From IMG/VR virus record IMGVR_UViG_3300031524_000008, positions 614-64,613 of that record: 64,000 nucleotides of DNA; one strand, 5' to 3'. The position numbers and the translations under genes are program-made. Below the pieces are notes generated by a model that made no database searches, was not told where the DNA came from, and saw only the letters and a list, made by a program, of their open reading frames with translations. Below are positions 9,508-19,071 of the stretch, in pieces (the first letter of the stretch is position 1; every line of letters begins with the position of its first letter). This DNA is from a virus. Lineage: Duplodnaviria > Caudoviricetes.

Positions 9508-10419
9508 TTAAAGCATAAATTCTGTCCCGAATCTCCGTAACAACGGTAAATGTTCAGGAGCTATATCTTCAATAGTTAGTTCATGTGGCTTAAACCATTT
9601 AGCTTCCGCTATATCGTCTTGAGCTATCACGGTGCCGCTTTTGTATTTAGCGTGAAAGAATAGAGTCTTGATTTTATCTGTATCATCCCTATATCTCCAA
9701 TCATCAATAAGAAAACTTCCTAGATATTTCGGTTCATAAATTTCTATTCCTAGTTCTTCTTTAACCTCACGGATTGCATCTTCTTCGAAACAGATAGATT
9801 CTGGTTCTGAAAACCCTCCACAGAATCTCCATACCTTTGAATCCGGTTTGCGGACCATCAGCATATCGAAATTATCGTTCGTAATTGCAGTATCAACAGT
9901 CGCCCATGTCTTAGGGTATTGGTCATAAGCACCAGAGATACGTCCAGCACGGAAGTCATCGCTAAAATTCTTTCGATTCAGAACGCGCTCACGCATTTCG
10001 GTGCCTGTTTCAGTAATGCGTGACTCCAAAGCCTCCGCATGAAATGCCCCTTTATAAGACTTTACAAAAGAATCCCGCGAGCCATATAGGATTGTGTTAT
10101 TCTGATACGCATCAGGAATAGCTTCTTGAATAGCTTTGTCCAGATTGCGGTTCCAAGTTTCATCGTTGCCAACGTCCATCAGCGGCACAACCCTCAAATC
10201 TGCATGAGGATATTCCTCCTGAATCATTTGTCGCCGCATTTCAAATGTCAATGCATTCTTACGAGCGAGACGCTTAGGAGAACATCCAAGCACGACGAGT
10301 ACCATCTGATGTTTATCGAATACCCTATTGAACAAATCTAAGTGCCCCGCTGTCATGCGATGTACCTGAAATCTTCCGACTATAACTCCGTATGTATTTA
10401 GGTTTGTCATTGAGTGCAT
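9508..10419 (-). CDS. bifunctional NMN adenylyltransferase / ADP-ribose pyrophosphatase (NadM-Nudix)
   Basis: VGRFQVH...GH nucleotidyltransferase motif; Nudix box GG...AIREVKEELG. Confidence 0.88.
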   Translation of the reverse strand: MHSMTNLNTYGVIVGRFQVHRMTAGHLDLFNRVFDKHQMVLVVLGCSPKRLARKNALTFEMRRQMIQEEYPHADLRVVPLMDVGNDETWNRNLDKAIQEAIPDAYQNNTILYGSRDSFVKSYKGAFHAEALESRITETGTEMRERVLNRKNFSDDFRAGRISGAYDQYPKTWATVDTAITNDNFDMLMVRKPDSKVWRFCGGFSEPESICFEEDAIREVKEELGIEIYEPKYLGSFLIDDWRYRDDTDKIKTLFFHAKYKSGTVIAQDDIAEAKWFKPHELTIEDIAPEHLPLLRRFGTEFML

Positions 10420-11219
10420 ATTAATTCGACCGAATCTACTAAAAATCCCTCTGGTAAAAATTCAGGATTCAACTTTAAGAACGCTACACGATAAATTTCC
10501 TTAATGCCTTGAACGCCACCGTTCTCTATAATATACCTTGCGCCCCATTCAGCTTTTGCCGCCTTAACGGATTTCTTTTGCGCTGCACGCAATTCCATAA
10601 TTAATTCCTTGAGTCTCTTAAAGGAATCTGGAGGCGTTGATAAAGATTGAAGAAAAGCTCCGTATAATCCCAACTCTTCTGATGTCAACGACTCTATAAC
10701 TGCTTGAGTAATAAGGTTTTGAGCGTTTAAAACATTAGCTAATTTAAAAAGTAGTTTATTTTTATCGTGGTGCCTGACTTGGGCCTCACGTACTGCTGCT
10801 TGAAGACCTTTCTCATAAAATGGGCGGCAGGTTTTCTCGGCTTCTAAGTGATGCTTCTCGCACAATAGGACACACCATTGGCGTGTATGGTCTTTATCTT
10901 CCTTCGGGAAGAATCGCTTAACCGCAACAGGTATTACGTGATGAACGGTAAGATTCTCCTTCGTCGCACACATTACACATTGCGTAGGAAGAACTGTTTG
11001 AAGAAACTTATTCGAGGAATTTTTCTTCGGCTCGAATGTCAATTGGATACGCTCATTGTAAACTCCATCGGGACCAAGCGAATTAGCCAAACCCCTATCC
11101 AAATACCATTTCGCCCTTCTGGACGAAATGGTAGTTAGAGGATTTAGATTCGGGTCGAGGAGAAGTATGTTTGCATAGTATTCTCCAACGAAGGACTGCA
11201 ATGAAGTTTTTGCGGCCAT
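10407..11219 (-). CDS. HNH-like nuclease resembling the EXD2 C-terminal domain
   Basis: RRAKWYLDRG, FEP, CVMC, HHVIP...FP...KDH, LLCEKHH. Confidence 0.7.
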   Translation of the reverse strand: MAAKTSLQSFVGEYYANILLLDPNLNPLTTISSRRAKWYLDRGLANSLGPDGVYNERIQLTFEPKKNSSNKFLQTVLPTQCVMCATKENLTVHHVIPVAVKRFFPKEDKDHTRQWCVLLCEKHHLEAEKTCRPFYEKGLQAAVREAQVRHHDKNKLLFKLANVLNAQNLITQAVIESLTSEELGLYGAFLQSLSTPPDSFKRLKELIMELRAAQKKSVKAAKAEWGARYIIENGGVQGIKEIYRVAFLKLNPEFLPEGFLVDSVELICTQ

Positions 11220-11845
11220 TACCGACTTACGGTGGACCGAGAAAAGACATCGCTATTAACAGCGACCTTATATAATGCGGTAGGAAGGATGTCAGCAATT
11301 TCCTTACAGGTGATGCTGTATCCCTTGAGACGGCTCTGAATCTGCTTTAGAGTCGGACAGATACCGTCAGCAAGCTTATTGTTAACGTAGCTTATTACCT
11401 TGCTGGCAATTTCGGTGCAAAACGGAGGAGCGCTGACCTGTGCGGTATAGGTTGTAGGAACAGGAGTCGCAACGGGAGTCGCAACGGGAGTCGCAACGGG
11501 AGTCGCAACGGGAGTCGCAACGGGAGTCGCAACGGGAGTCGCGGAGTAGGAAGAATCAGCGGTTTTCGGGCGATACAGAGCGTAGCCACGAGAATTGTCA
11601 CGCTCGTAATTCGGAACGCTGCCGAAAGAAGCTCGCACGTATCCCCGGACAGTATTGTGGTCGATACGATAAGTATTCGGAATACCATCAACATCCACTC
11701 TGGAAAGGTCAATAATTCCCAATTCCCCTGAATTTACGAGGGTACGAAGTTCCCGCGTAACATCATGTGCGGAAAATTCTTTTTGTGCGGTGGTGAAAGC
11801 CTGTACGGTGACGGCTACGGCGGCTGCTAATGGTAGTTGTTTCAT
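11219..11845 (-). CDS. hypothetical protein with (ATPV)n linker
   Basis: two small domains joined by a tandem-repeat linker. Confidence 0.75.
   Translation of the reverse strand: MKQLPLAAAVAVTVQAFTTAQKEFSAHDVTRELRTLVNSGELGIIDLSRVDVDGIPNTYRIDHNTVRGYVRASFGSVPNYERDNSRGYALYRPKTADSSYSATPVATPVATPVATPVATPVATPVATPVPTTYTAQVSAPPFCTEIASKVISYVNNKLADGICPTLKQIQSRLKGYSITCKEIADILPTALYKVAVNSDVFSRSTVSR
11463..11542. repeat. perfect 12-bp tandem repeat GGAGTCGCAACG, 6 copies plus a partial copy
   Basis: read directly. Confidence 0.95.
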
Positions 11846-11889
11846 ATGTAGTTTCAGTTTAAGTTTATTTTTCGGAGAGTCAAGAGTTT

Positions 11890-13152
11890 TTATTCAAACT
11901 CCACAAGATATTTAAGGTCGAAGCGGTCGTTGTTATAAACAATAATCTCATCATTACGAACCCCCGACTTACCAGACTTCGCCCATGTCGAATCGAAGCC
12001 ACTCTTCGGAAGGTGCTCATAAGAACCTGCTGGCACGTAATATTTACCAAGCGAAACAGGGCATAAGAACATAAAACAATTCTTTTCAGTTTTGCCGTCC
12101 CAATAGCCATAACTATAGTTAAGGCTCTTGGTGCTATCAATCGCAAAGTAAACGCCATTTCCAAACATTTTACCAGCAATTCGCGCTGTGCTAGGAGGAG
12201 AAACTTTCAAACCTGACTTGAGAATACTCAAAAGGTTCGCTTGTTTAGTTCCGTGCCATAGCTCCATTTCAGTACCAACCTTGCGACCGATTTCGTAGGC
12301 TTTCTGTTGGCTTTCAATCTGCACCAAATAGATTTCCTTTACGCGCAAATGACTGCAAACGTGTTGGTCTTTACGAGTGTCACGATACTTCTTCTCAATA
12401 CGCGCCCGCTCACGAGGGTCTTCCAGCAAGCCAAGCTTGACCGAGAAAACTTTTTCGGCCACGCTCTTAGGAGCGGCAGCATTGGCGGCTGGAGTTTGCA
12501 TTGCTTGATACGACGCTTCCAAAGAGTCTAAAATATCATTTTGCTTCTGAATAGATTGAATATCAGGAATGAACGTACGAACTTCCAAACGTTTCATACC
12601 AATATTCTGAGGAACGATACTAAGAAATTTACTTACCTTCGTAATGCAGTCAGCGCCATAGTCGTGCTTCTGGACATAGCCAGTAAGGTCAGCGAGAATA
12701 TCACGAGCCTCAGTGATACCATCCAAAGTAACAACACCTAACGGAGTCGTAAACAAACCAGACGAACTATTGAAAGAAATCTGCGTAGCTTTAGTAATTT
12801 GATGGACGTTCGCTTCGACCAGACGCTTAATAAGCTTCGTCAAAAGCGGGGACGAGGTTTGGATTTGTTCCAAGGCTAGTTGGTGCAAATCTTGCTTGCC
12901 GGGAGTGACGACTTGTACTCCGCTCGTTGCAACGGTACGAAGGTCTGTGTAGCCCTTTTTACGCTTTGAAGCCACGAGCTTGTCGAAGTCATGTTTGCCA
13001 CTTCCCCTACAAGTGTTGGAAACGGTTGTGACGCCGACCCTGCCATTCTCGCTCGTAATGGAACCATCATCATGCAAGAACCCCGTCCAATGTTTATTGT
13101 GATTGGAGCTAATATCTGCCATGATTAGGCGCACTGTTTCAATGATAGGCAT
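11890..13152 (-). CDS. poly(ADP-ribose) polymerase with WGR-like, regulatory and catalytic domains
   Basis: LWHGT, GKMFGNGVYFA, DEIIVY (H-Y-E triad); NHNKHW...NGRVG; ATG 13152 follows a TTGACA promoter. Confidence 0.9.
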   Translation of the reverse strand: MPIIETVRLIMADISSNHNKHWTGFLHDDGSITSENGRVGVTTVSNTCRGSGKHDFDKLVASKRKKGYTDLRTVATSGVQVVTPGKQDLHQLALEQIQTSSPLLTKLIKRLVEANVHQITKATQISFNSSSGLFTTPLGVVTLDGITEARDILADLTGYVQKHDYGADCITKVSKFLSIVPQNIGMKRLEVRTFIPDIQSIQKQNDILDSLEASYQAMQTPAANAAAPKSVAEKVFSVKLGLLEDPRERARIEKKYRDTRKDQHVCSHLRVKEIYLVQIESQQKAYEIGRKVGTEMELWHGTKQANLLSILKSGLKVSPPSTARIAGKMFGNGVYFAIDSTKSLNYSYGYWDGKTEKNCFMFLCPVSLGKYYVPAGSYEHLPKSGFDSTWAKSGKSGVRNDEIIVYNNDRFDLKYLVEFE

Positions 13153-13371
13153 GAGAGTAGTTTTAGCAGAATTTTGAGTTGTGTCAACAAATATTATGCC
13201 GGATATGAAATCGCGTGCATCGCCTTCCACTGAGTAATCATAGCGAATGCGAACTCTTCCAACGATACGCTGCCATCAAGTATGTGACTGCGGAGTTGAG
13301 GATTACGCCTCATATTGCCATCAATGATTTGTTTAATATCTTGTTCGAGCGATTGTGTTTTATTCATATTT

Positions 13372-13797
13372 TTAGAAGTTGTGTTCGCAATTAGGATTCA
13401 AACACGTATATCCTTTTTCCTCCGTCCATGAAATACGATGTAAACACTTAGCGCACACAATGTCAGGATGATACATCAACTCAGTCTTCATTTTACCATG
13501 CCATAGCGAACGATATTCTTCGGCAGCGATTCTCAAGCGCTCTACTTCTGCTTGTACACTTTCCCAAGCTTGGCGACTTACAGAGTTTTTTGCTATAACG
13601 CGCTCTTGTTCTAATTCTTCCAGTAGTTTAAAATATTCGTCGCGGTAGAAGTTCTTATTGCTGAGTAACGTGATTATTTCACCAGTAAGACGCGTACCGT
13701 CATCCTTTACTTCTCCCTCTAGTAACCCCTTATAAAGGGCTTGGCTGAGTTGGCGTATACGTGCCAATTCTTTTTCAGGATTAATTTCCATTTTCAA
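13372..13797 (-). CDS. hypothetical protein, C-terminal zinc ribbon
   Basis: CxxC...CxNxxC. Confidence 0.65.
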   Translation of the reverse strand: MKMEINPEKELARIRQLSQALYKGLLEGEVKDDGTRLTGEIITLLSNKNFYRDEYFKLLEELEQERVIAKNSVSRQAWESVQAEVERLRIAAEEYRSLWHGKMKTELMYHPDIVCAKCLHRISWTEEKGYTCLNPNCEHNF

Positions 13798-14143
13798 TTT
13801 TCTTTAACACTTGACACGATTCAACTTCATAACCTTTAAAGAAGTCTTCGTCCAAACGAACACCATTACTCTCAATCTTTTTATAAATTGCTGTAGGAAT
13901 CATAATTTCAGAAGGTATTCCTGCTGGTCGTGAATATTCGTGAGGGACACCTTTACCACGATTACGTTTTAATACAACGGTCCAATAGTGCTTGATGTAA
14001 GCTTGGCAATCTTCTAAAGATTTATGCAGCGTTGCACCATCAGGGCGCATACCCCACCCTTCTTCTGACTCTTCCCAATACTGTATGATTGCTTTTTGCA
14101 TGTTACTTTTCATTAAAGTGCTTCTTTGCGTATAAACGGTCAC
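13781..14143 (-). CDS. hypothetical phage protein
   Basis: WEESEEGWGMRPDG motif; coupled ORF. Confidence 0.7.
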   Translation of the reverse strand: MTVYTQRSTLMKSNMQKAIIQYWEESEEGWGMRPDGATLHKSLEDCQAYIKHYWTVVLKRNRGKGVPHEYSRPAGIPSEIMIPTAIYKKIESNGVRLDEDFFKGYEVESCQVLKKIENGN

Positions 14144-14538
14144 GGTATGAAGAAGATTTTTTTAACTCCGTACCAATATTCAGCGGCATCCATACGAATC
14201 GCATTTGGCGCAGCGCCTTTGTGACAAATAATTGCGGCTAAATGGTCAACAGAAAGATTACGAAAAGGAACCCATTTTAACGGCTTATTACCACTTTTAC
14301 CGTACGTTCCCCACAAAAGCTTTTCGCGAATTTCTTTTAGTGTATTTGAGGATGTTAAGGAATAATCAACGATTTTATTATACGGCAAAAGAAATGAAGC
14401 GCGTAAATAATCAGTTCCCCCGTCGATAAAATGTTCCTCGCTTCCTACAGTGAATGCAACAAAATCGTGACGATTTGCAGAAACGTAATAGGTGCGTTGC
14501 GATGGTACGTAAACGGCATTTTGAATGATGTCTGACAT
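14140..14538 (-). CDS. hypothetical phage protein
   Basis: SxxRHDF, IDGGTDYLR, WGTYGKSG; ATG follows a promoter. Confidence 0.7.
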   Translation of the reverse strand: MSDIIQNAVYVPSQRTYYVSANRHDFVAFTVGSEEHFIDGGTDYLRASFLLPYNKIVDYSLTSSNTLKEIREKLLWGTYGKSGNKPLKWVPFRNLSVDHLAAIICHKGAAPNAIRMDAAEYWYGVKKIFFIP

Positions 14539-14614
14539 GATTATGAGTGTATATACTTTTATAAATCTGTCAACAAAAAAAGGCGTCCCCAAAGAGGACA
14601 CCTTTTTCTGCGTG

Positions 14615-15274
14615 CTAGCCGATAAACCAACGCCAATCTTGCTGACGAATCTCGGTAATGAGCGCGGAGATTGGAACGGGCATCGGAGCCTTGGGTTGAC
14701 GAATTAACTTCAATCCAACTTCCTCATTGAGGCGGTTGCCTTTATCGTGGTTGATTCCTGCTTCGCACGTAACCATGTTCGTCCAAACGTCAGGCGAACC
14801 AGCGCGACCTTCGCGCTTCCATACGTCTCTAGGAATAATATGGTCAACGGTAGCGGTATCGCGTGTTAACTTCTTTCCTGAGTATTGACACACAAGACCG
14901 TCTCGCTCGTGAATTGCTGAATTTGAAAGACGCTTCTGCTTCTTAGGCATACGCGTACAGTTTACAGCGACTACAACAGTAGGAGCGCGAATCACCTTTC
15001 CGTGGGCACACTTGATAACATTATCAAAGGGACGAATAGGAAGTTCCATCCACTCCTTTAGAGAAACCGCACGCATATTCTGCGGGCGCTCAAAAGTGTA
15101 AACATCATCTTCTAGCTGAGGATATTCGATGTCAACAGCTTGTGCGGCCATATCAGCGCCGTTTTCGGTGCTATGCATAGCGCAGATAGCCTGCTTAACA
15201 GACTTGTATCCAATCACTTGCCACGCTTTGTTCAAGCAGAGGACGATAGGTTTATCGAGAACGGATTCTTGCAT
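14615..15274 (-). CDS. HNH endonuclease (McrA-like)
   Basis: ERDGLVCQYSG, TVDHIIP, WTNMVTC...NHDKGN. Confidence 0.88.
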   Translation of the reverse strand: MQESVLDKPIVLCLNKAWQVIGYKSVKQAICAMHSTENGADMAAQAVDIEYPQLEDDVYTFERPQNMRAVSLKEWMELPIRPFDNVIKCAHGKVIRAPTVVVAVNCTRMPKKQKRLSNSAIHERDGLVCQYSGKKLTRDTATVDHIIPRDVWKREGRAGSPDVWTNMVTCEAGINHDKGNRLNEEVGLKLIRQPKAPMPVPISALITEIRQQDWRWFIG

Positions 15275-15331
15275 ATTTTTGTGTTTCTATGTGTCCATAT
15301 TAGCGGCCTTTCTTTCTGTGTCAATGGTTTT

Positions 15332-15724
15332 TTATCTAAATCTCCATGCCGCATAACAATACGGACGCCAGAATTCATTTTCAACCATATCAAAACGTCC
15401 TGAAAAACGCTCTACCCATTTATCGGATTCGTTTAGAATCTGAATCAATCCGTATTTTTTACAAAAATCCCTTACCTGTTTTTCAACGCGATACTCTCGA
15501 AGGATGCTTAACGAAAAATAGGGTTTTCGAGTTTCAATCATTACGTGAAAACATTCGTGCAGCAAAGAATGAAGCATCGCCGCTTTTTTATTTCTTTTAA
15601 TAAGGATAGGCAAGATATTATCACCTACCATTCCTCCCCATTGAGAAGCGCTAATGTCCCTTTTTATGTAAATAGGACATTGATTTTTCCACCCTATTAG
15701 GCTTAAAAGTTCTTTAGCGTTCAT
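15332..15724 (-). CDS. putative zinc metallopeptidase (HExxH)
   Basis: LLHECFH plus downstream Glu. Confidence 0.55.
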   Translation of the reverse strand: MNAKELLSLIGWKNQCPIYIKRDISASQWGGMVGDNILPILIKRNKKAAMLHSLLHECFHVMIETRKPYFSLSILREYRVEKQVRDFCKKYGLIQILNESDKWVERFSGRFDMVENEFWRPYCYAAWRFR

Positions 15725-15761
15725 TATTTATCTTCACTTATACAAGCATACTAATGGGTTT

Positions 15762-16328
15762 TTATTTTTGTCTGAACTTGGGCGCGAATGTCGGCAGATG
15801 TTCACCTACCAAAATTGCATCCGCTTTAGGGAATACGTCGATTTTGTTTTTTATGTTGCTTGCTTGGCAGGTCCATAAGCCTAAAGCCTTCATAATGTCA
15901 AATCGAAACTCGTAATTTCCGAAATCCATCATCATACCATTCCATAGTTGCCTACGGTTACAAACACATTTTAACGAATCGTCAAGACCTATAAACTCTT
16001 CGAAACAGTCCTCTTCGTTCAACTCTATTAAACATTTGGAAGCGTATTCCTTCGGAGGTATTCTATTAACAACTAAACAATAATCTGCGCCCGCATCAAA
16101 GCTAGATTTTAATTTTGTATCCGTAAGATGATAGCCCTTCGCAAGGATTGGCTTCGTAGTAAGTTTACGAGCTTGCTTTAAAAGATGCGTACTTCCACCC
16201 CACCGACTATCGACATGAATAGAAATCCAGTCGCCATATTCATTAGCGATTTCAAATAGTTCGTCCCAAGACTTCTTAGACTCGAAACCGTAGGGAGATA
16301 GAGTTTTTACTTCTGCAATAAATATCAT
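15762..16328 (-). CDS. indole-3-glycerol-phosphate synthase (TrpC)-like TIM barrel
   Basis: IAEVKTLSP, ISIH, PILAK, AGAD, NRR, ADAILVGE. Confidence 0.7.
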   Translation of the reverse strand: MIFIAEVKTLSPYGFESKKSWDELFEIANEYGDWISIHVDSRWGGSTHLLKQARKLTTKPILAKGYHLTDTKLKSSFDAGADYCLVVNRIPPKEYASKCLIELNEEDCFEEFIGLDDSLKCVCNRRQLWNGMMMDFGNYEFRFDIMKALGLWTCQASNIKNKIDVFPKADAILVGEHLPTFAPKFRQK

Positions 16329-16330
16329 AC

Positions 16331-16945
16331 TTAGATGTAGGGGTTAGCCATGATAGATTCCATTGTCCCCGTTGGCATGTCATCAAGAGTCTTTACAAAG
16401 CCACGTAACAATCTAAATGAATTAGGTATATACTCGTCTGGAATATCGTCGGTGTTTGCAATAAGGACTTTCGCTATTTTAGCTGCATCAGCAGCGACCT
16501 TATGCGTTCGCTTCATATGAATATCGTGGCTCTTTGGCGTCCACGGTTTACCTAACCAGTCGTTGACAAGAATCTTTGAAAATAATTGAAACGTCATTAT
16601 AAATTCTTCTTCATCGTCCGACCCAAACCATGTATCATCACCGTTATTAACACTATATGTTAATAAAGAAAACCTTTTGTCTGCGGGCGTCCGCGCACCA
16701 AATAATGGATGAAGAGAAGTTACATTAACAGAGTGCTTCAAAAGAATATCCGTGCTTGGTTTCTGAACGCTGCAAACATTAACTAGATGCTTACCAGAGT
16801 TTTTCTGCCCCACTTCATCATAAGCTGAAATAGGCACCGCTAAGATAACAGAACCAGCATCATCTACAACATTGAATCCATAGTTAGGAAGCTCCCGCTT
16901 TAAGAAGCTGCCAAATGAACCGTCGCCTACTATCTGGATTTTCAT
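16331..16945 (-). CDS. prephenate/arogenate dehydrogenase (TyrA)-like
   Basis: IVGDGSFG, ILAVP, VCSVQ, HPLFG, HD..M. Confidence 0.75.
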   Translation of the reverse strand: MKIQIVGDGSFGSFLKRELPNYGFNVVDDAGSVILAVPISAYDEVGQKNSGKHLVNVCSVQKPSTDILLKHSVNVTSLHPLFGARTPADKRFSLLTYSVNNGDDTWFGSDDEEEFIMTFQLFSKILVNDWLGKPWTPKSHDIHMKRTHKVAADAAKIAKVLIANTDDIPDEYIPNSFRLLRGFVKTLDDMPTGTMESIMANPYI

Positions 16946-16947
16946 AA

Positions 16948-17265
16948 TTATTTCTTGGCGCGGAAGATTACTTTTTGTGCAATCTCGTACGCAAACACCA
17001 TATCCTGATTATAATGAGTAATCGTGAAGTCCACGATTCTATTAATCTGAGCCTCGGTACATGCAATTCTTACTGGAATCATACGTTCAGCGACCAATTC
17101 TTTATTCTCTGGATTTATCCACTGGCCGCGAGCGACTCCCATAAGCGTGAGGCCACCGGAAATTTTTCGCACCACTTTGTCCCATTCTTGATGGTGCCTT
17201 TTCCTGACAGGCTTTCCGTTTCTTACGCAGGGGACGAGTATTTCCCACAGAGTTGTCTTTTTCAT
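16948..17265 (-). CDS. hypothetical protein
   Basis: GGLT...GQW motif; likely start MKKTT. Confidence 0.65.
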   Translation of the reverse strand: MKKTTLWEILVPCVRNGKPVRKRHHQEWDKVVRKISGGLTLMGVARGQWINPENKELVAERMIPVRIACTEAQINRIVDFTITHYNQDMVFAYEIAQKVIFRAKK

Positions 17266-17527
17266 ATCTCTTATTAACGCGAGCGTGTTCTTCTGGTGTA
17301 AACTGTTCCTCGAAAACACGATATACTTCTTTCATCGCGTTGTCTATTTTAGTTTGATAGCGTGCTATATTTATGATTGTTTCGATTGCATTAGCTCCGG
17401 GTTTATAATCGGCGGGAGGAAGAAAACCAATAGTATCCCAATGAAGACGCGTTAGCCTAGCTTTCTCGTTATCAACGCAATAACGAATCAGCATTAAGGA
17501 ATCAGATGAAAGAGTTTTAATGCCCAT
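17102..17527 (-). CDS. hypothetical protein (3' part overlaps next gene)
   Basis: start coupled to the upstream stop. Confidence 0.55.
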   Translation of the reverse strand: MGIKTLSSDSLMLIRYCVDNEKARLTRLHWDTIGFLPPADYKPGANAIETIINIARYQTKIDNAMKEVYRVFEEQFTPEEHARVNKRYEKDNSVGNTRPLRKKRKACQEKAPSRMGQSGAKNFRWPHAYGSRSRPVDKSRE

Positions 17528-17988
17528 TATTTATCTTCTACTTGTACAAGCATTTCAATAAAATTTTGCATGATTTCTTCGGCGGTTTCGGCATAACAAT
17601 GCTGATTCAACCTAAGCCTGCATACTCCCCCTCGGCTGCTGTAAGTATATTCATAAACATCAAAAAGCATACCTTTAGAAAAAGTATATTCAAGTTTTGA
17701 GCCAAATGATATTTTAAATTCTGCATGTCCGTACGAATAGCATGGGGATTTACCTGCCACGGAGCCTCTATAAATAGATTGAAATTCCCTTAATAATTTA
17801 TGAAGAGGCTCGAATTCAGTTTCTTTTTTTCTATTGTGTTTCTCTATTAAAATTTGTTGTTTTAGCCTTTTCGATTCAAGCTTATTACGCATCGTTTCCA
17901 AGGATTCCGGTATGGAAACAAAAGGAATACGAATCTCTTCGGGTTCAGGTTTTGAAAATAGGAATTTAAACATAATTTGAAAATACAA
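17527..17988 (-). CDS. hypothetical protein
   Basis: ORF follows a TTGAC promoter. Confidence 0.6.
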   Translation of the reverse strand: MYFQIMFKFLFSKPEPEEIRIPFVSIPESLETMRNKLESKRLKQQILIEKHNRKKETEFEPLHKLLREFQSIYRGSVAGKSPCYSYGHAEFKISFGSKLEYTFSKGMLFDVYEYTYSSRGGVCRLRLNQHCYAETAEEIMQNFIEMLVQVEDK

Positions 17989-18011
17989 TGTTTTCCTCGG
18001 GAGTCAAGCTT

Positions 18012-18470
18012 TTATTGCTCCCAAGGGAAGACCTTGAAGGGTACGGGTTTAGTTTTGATTGGCGAAACGTTCTTGAGATTTCCAATAGTAATATGGAATG
18101 GGCAACGAGGACGAGGAGGCAAGCCAAGCTCTACGCGAATTTCTTCAAGACGAGGGCATTTCACCACAAGCCAAAAATAAATATCGCTGCTACGAATCTC
18201 CGGGTCATACTCAAAAGGAATCACTTCCCCTTGATATTTTCGCCAAACAGATTCGTTCTTAGGGCGCTCGTATTTGCATACGGTGACGTGAGCTTGCCAG
18301 ATTGGGGTGTTCAAATTAACACGCAATTCACGCCGCACCCAAGCTTGATAATATTGAATTATCGAGTCGGGCGCGGTCAGCTTGCACGCCCACGAAACTT
18401 CCTTGCGAGCCTTGAAATTAGCCCGCATAGGAGTTGGGTTGTAGATGAGTTTTCCGGTTGCGTTGAACAT
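18012..18470 (-). CDS. 2H phosphoesterase (two HxT motifs)
   Basis: AHVTV and FHITI about 65 aa apart in 152 aa. Confidence 0.75.
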   Translation of the reverse strand: MFNATGKLIYNPTPMRANFKARKEVSWACKLTAPDSIIQYYQAWVRRELRVNLNTPIWQAHVTVCKYERPKNESVWRKYQGEVIPFEYDPEIRSSDIYFWLVVKCPRLEEIRVELGLPPRPRCPFHITIGNLKNVSPIKTKPVPFKVFPWEQ

Positions 18471-18772
18471 CCCTCGACTGTAGAGGTTTTTATAGGGAAG
18501 TCAAGGGATTTTCTTATGGTATACTCGTCCATGTTCGTCTGCTCGACCCACCCCTTATCCTCAAGCTCCATTAGACCCTCTTGCACACCGTACAAGCGGT
18601 CGGGTTGGTCTTCACGCTCTGCTGCCAATCCAGTATTTTCCATACAGCGGCCAACGAATTTGAAAGCGTCCGAAATATCAATATACTGTCCGTCGTCATT
18701 AGAGTACATAGCTAGTACCATCTTAGCATTCTCGGAAAGGGTATCGTACTCTTCTTGGGTCGCTTTAATCAT
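18377..18772 (-). CDS. hypothetical protein
   Basis: ORF in operon. Confidence 0.6.
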   Translation of the reverse strand: MIKATQEEYDTLSENAKMVLAMYSNDDGQYIDISDAFKFVGRCMENTGLAAEREDQPDRLYGVQEGLMELEDKGWVEQTNMDEYTIRKSLDFPIKTSTVEGCSTQPENSSTTQLLCGLISRLARKFRGRAS

Positions 18773-18783
18773 AAGACGTAGAT

Positions 18784-19071
18784 TTATTTTTCCTGATAGT
18801 AAATATCACAATAGAATACCAAGTCGCAGTAATCTATCTTTGCAGGCGGAACTTCGGGAATATTTAGGTCATATATTTCGCCCTTATACTTTTCATAGCT
18901 CTCATAAGAATGACGCAGTACATGACGATAAACAGTCACGTTCTTGTCTCGCGACCACTCTACGATAGCATTTAAAACATCATTACAACCATCTGTTGGC
19001 GCACCACTTAAAAGCCAATATCCGTGCGGTATTTTCTCGGCACGTTTAATTTCGATTGTGTCTTTATTCAT
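18784..19071 (-). CDS. hypothetical protein
   Basis: ATGA overlap. Confidence 0.6.
   Translation of the reverse strand: MNKDTIEIKRAEKIPHGYWLLSGAPTDGCNDVLNAIVEWSRDKNVTVYRHVLRHSYESYEKYKGEIYDLNIPEVPPAKIDYCDLVFYCDIYYQEK

Noticed and set aside
11463-11542. Possible CRISPR array
   Set aside because: No spacers; it is an in-frame coding tandem repeat. No repeat-spacer array or cas gene was seen in the window
17102-17319. Programmed frameshift at the long ORF overlap
   Set aside because: No slippery site or stimulatory structure seen; most simply a lost stop codon
17988-18968. 326-aa plus-strand ORF
   Set aside because: Antisense to three convincing minus-strand genes and has no motifs
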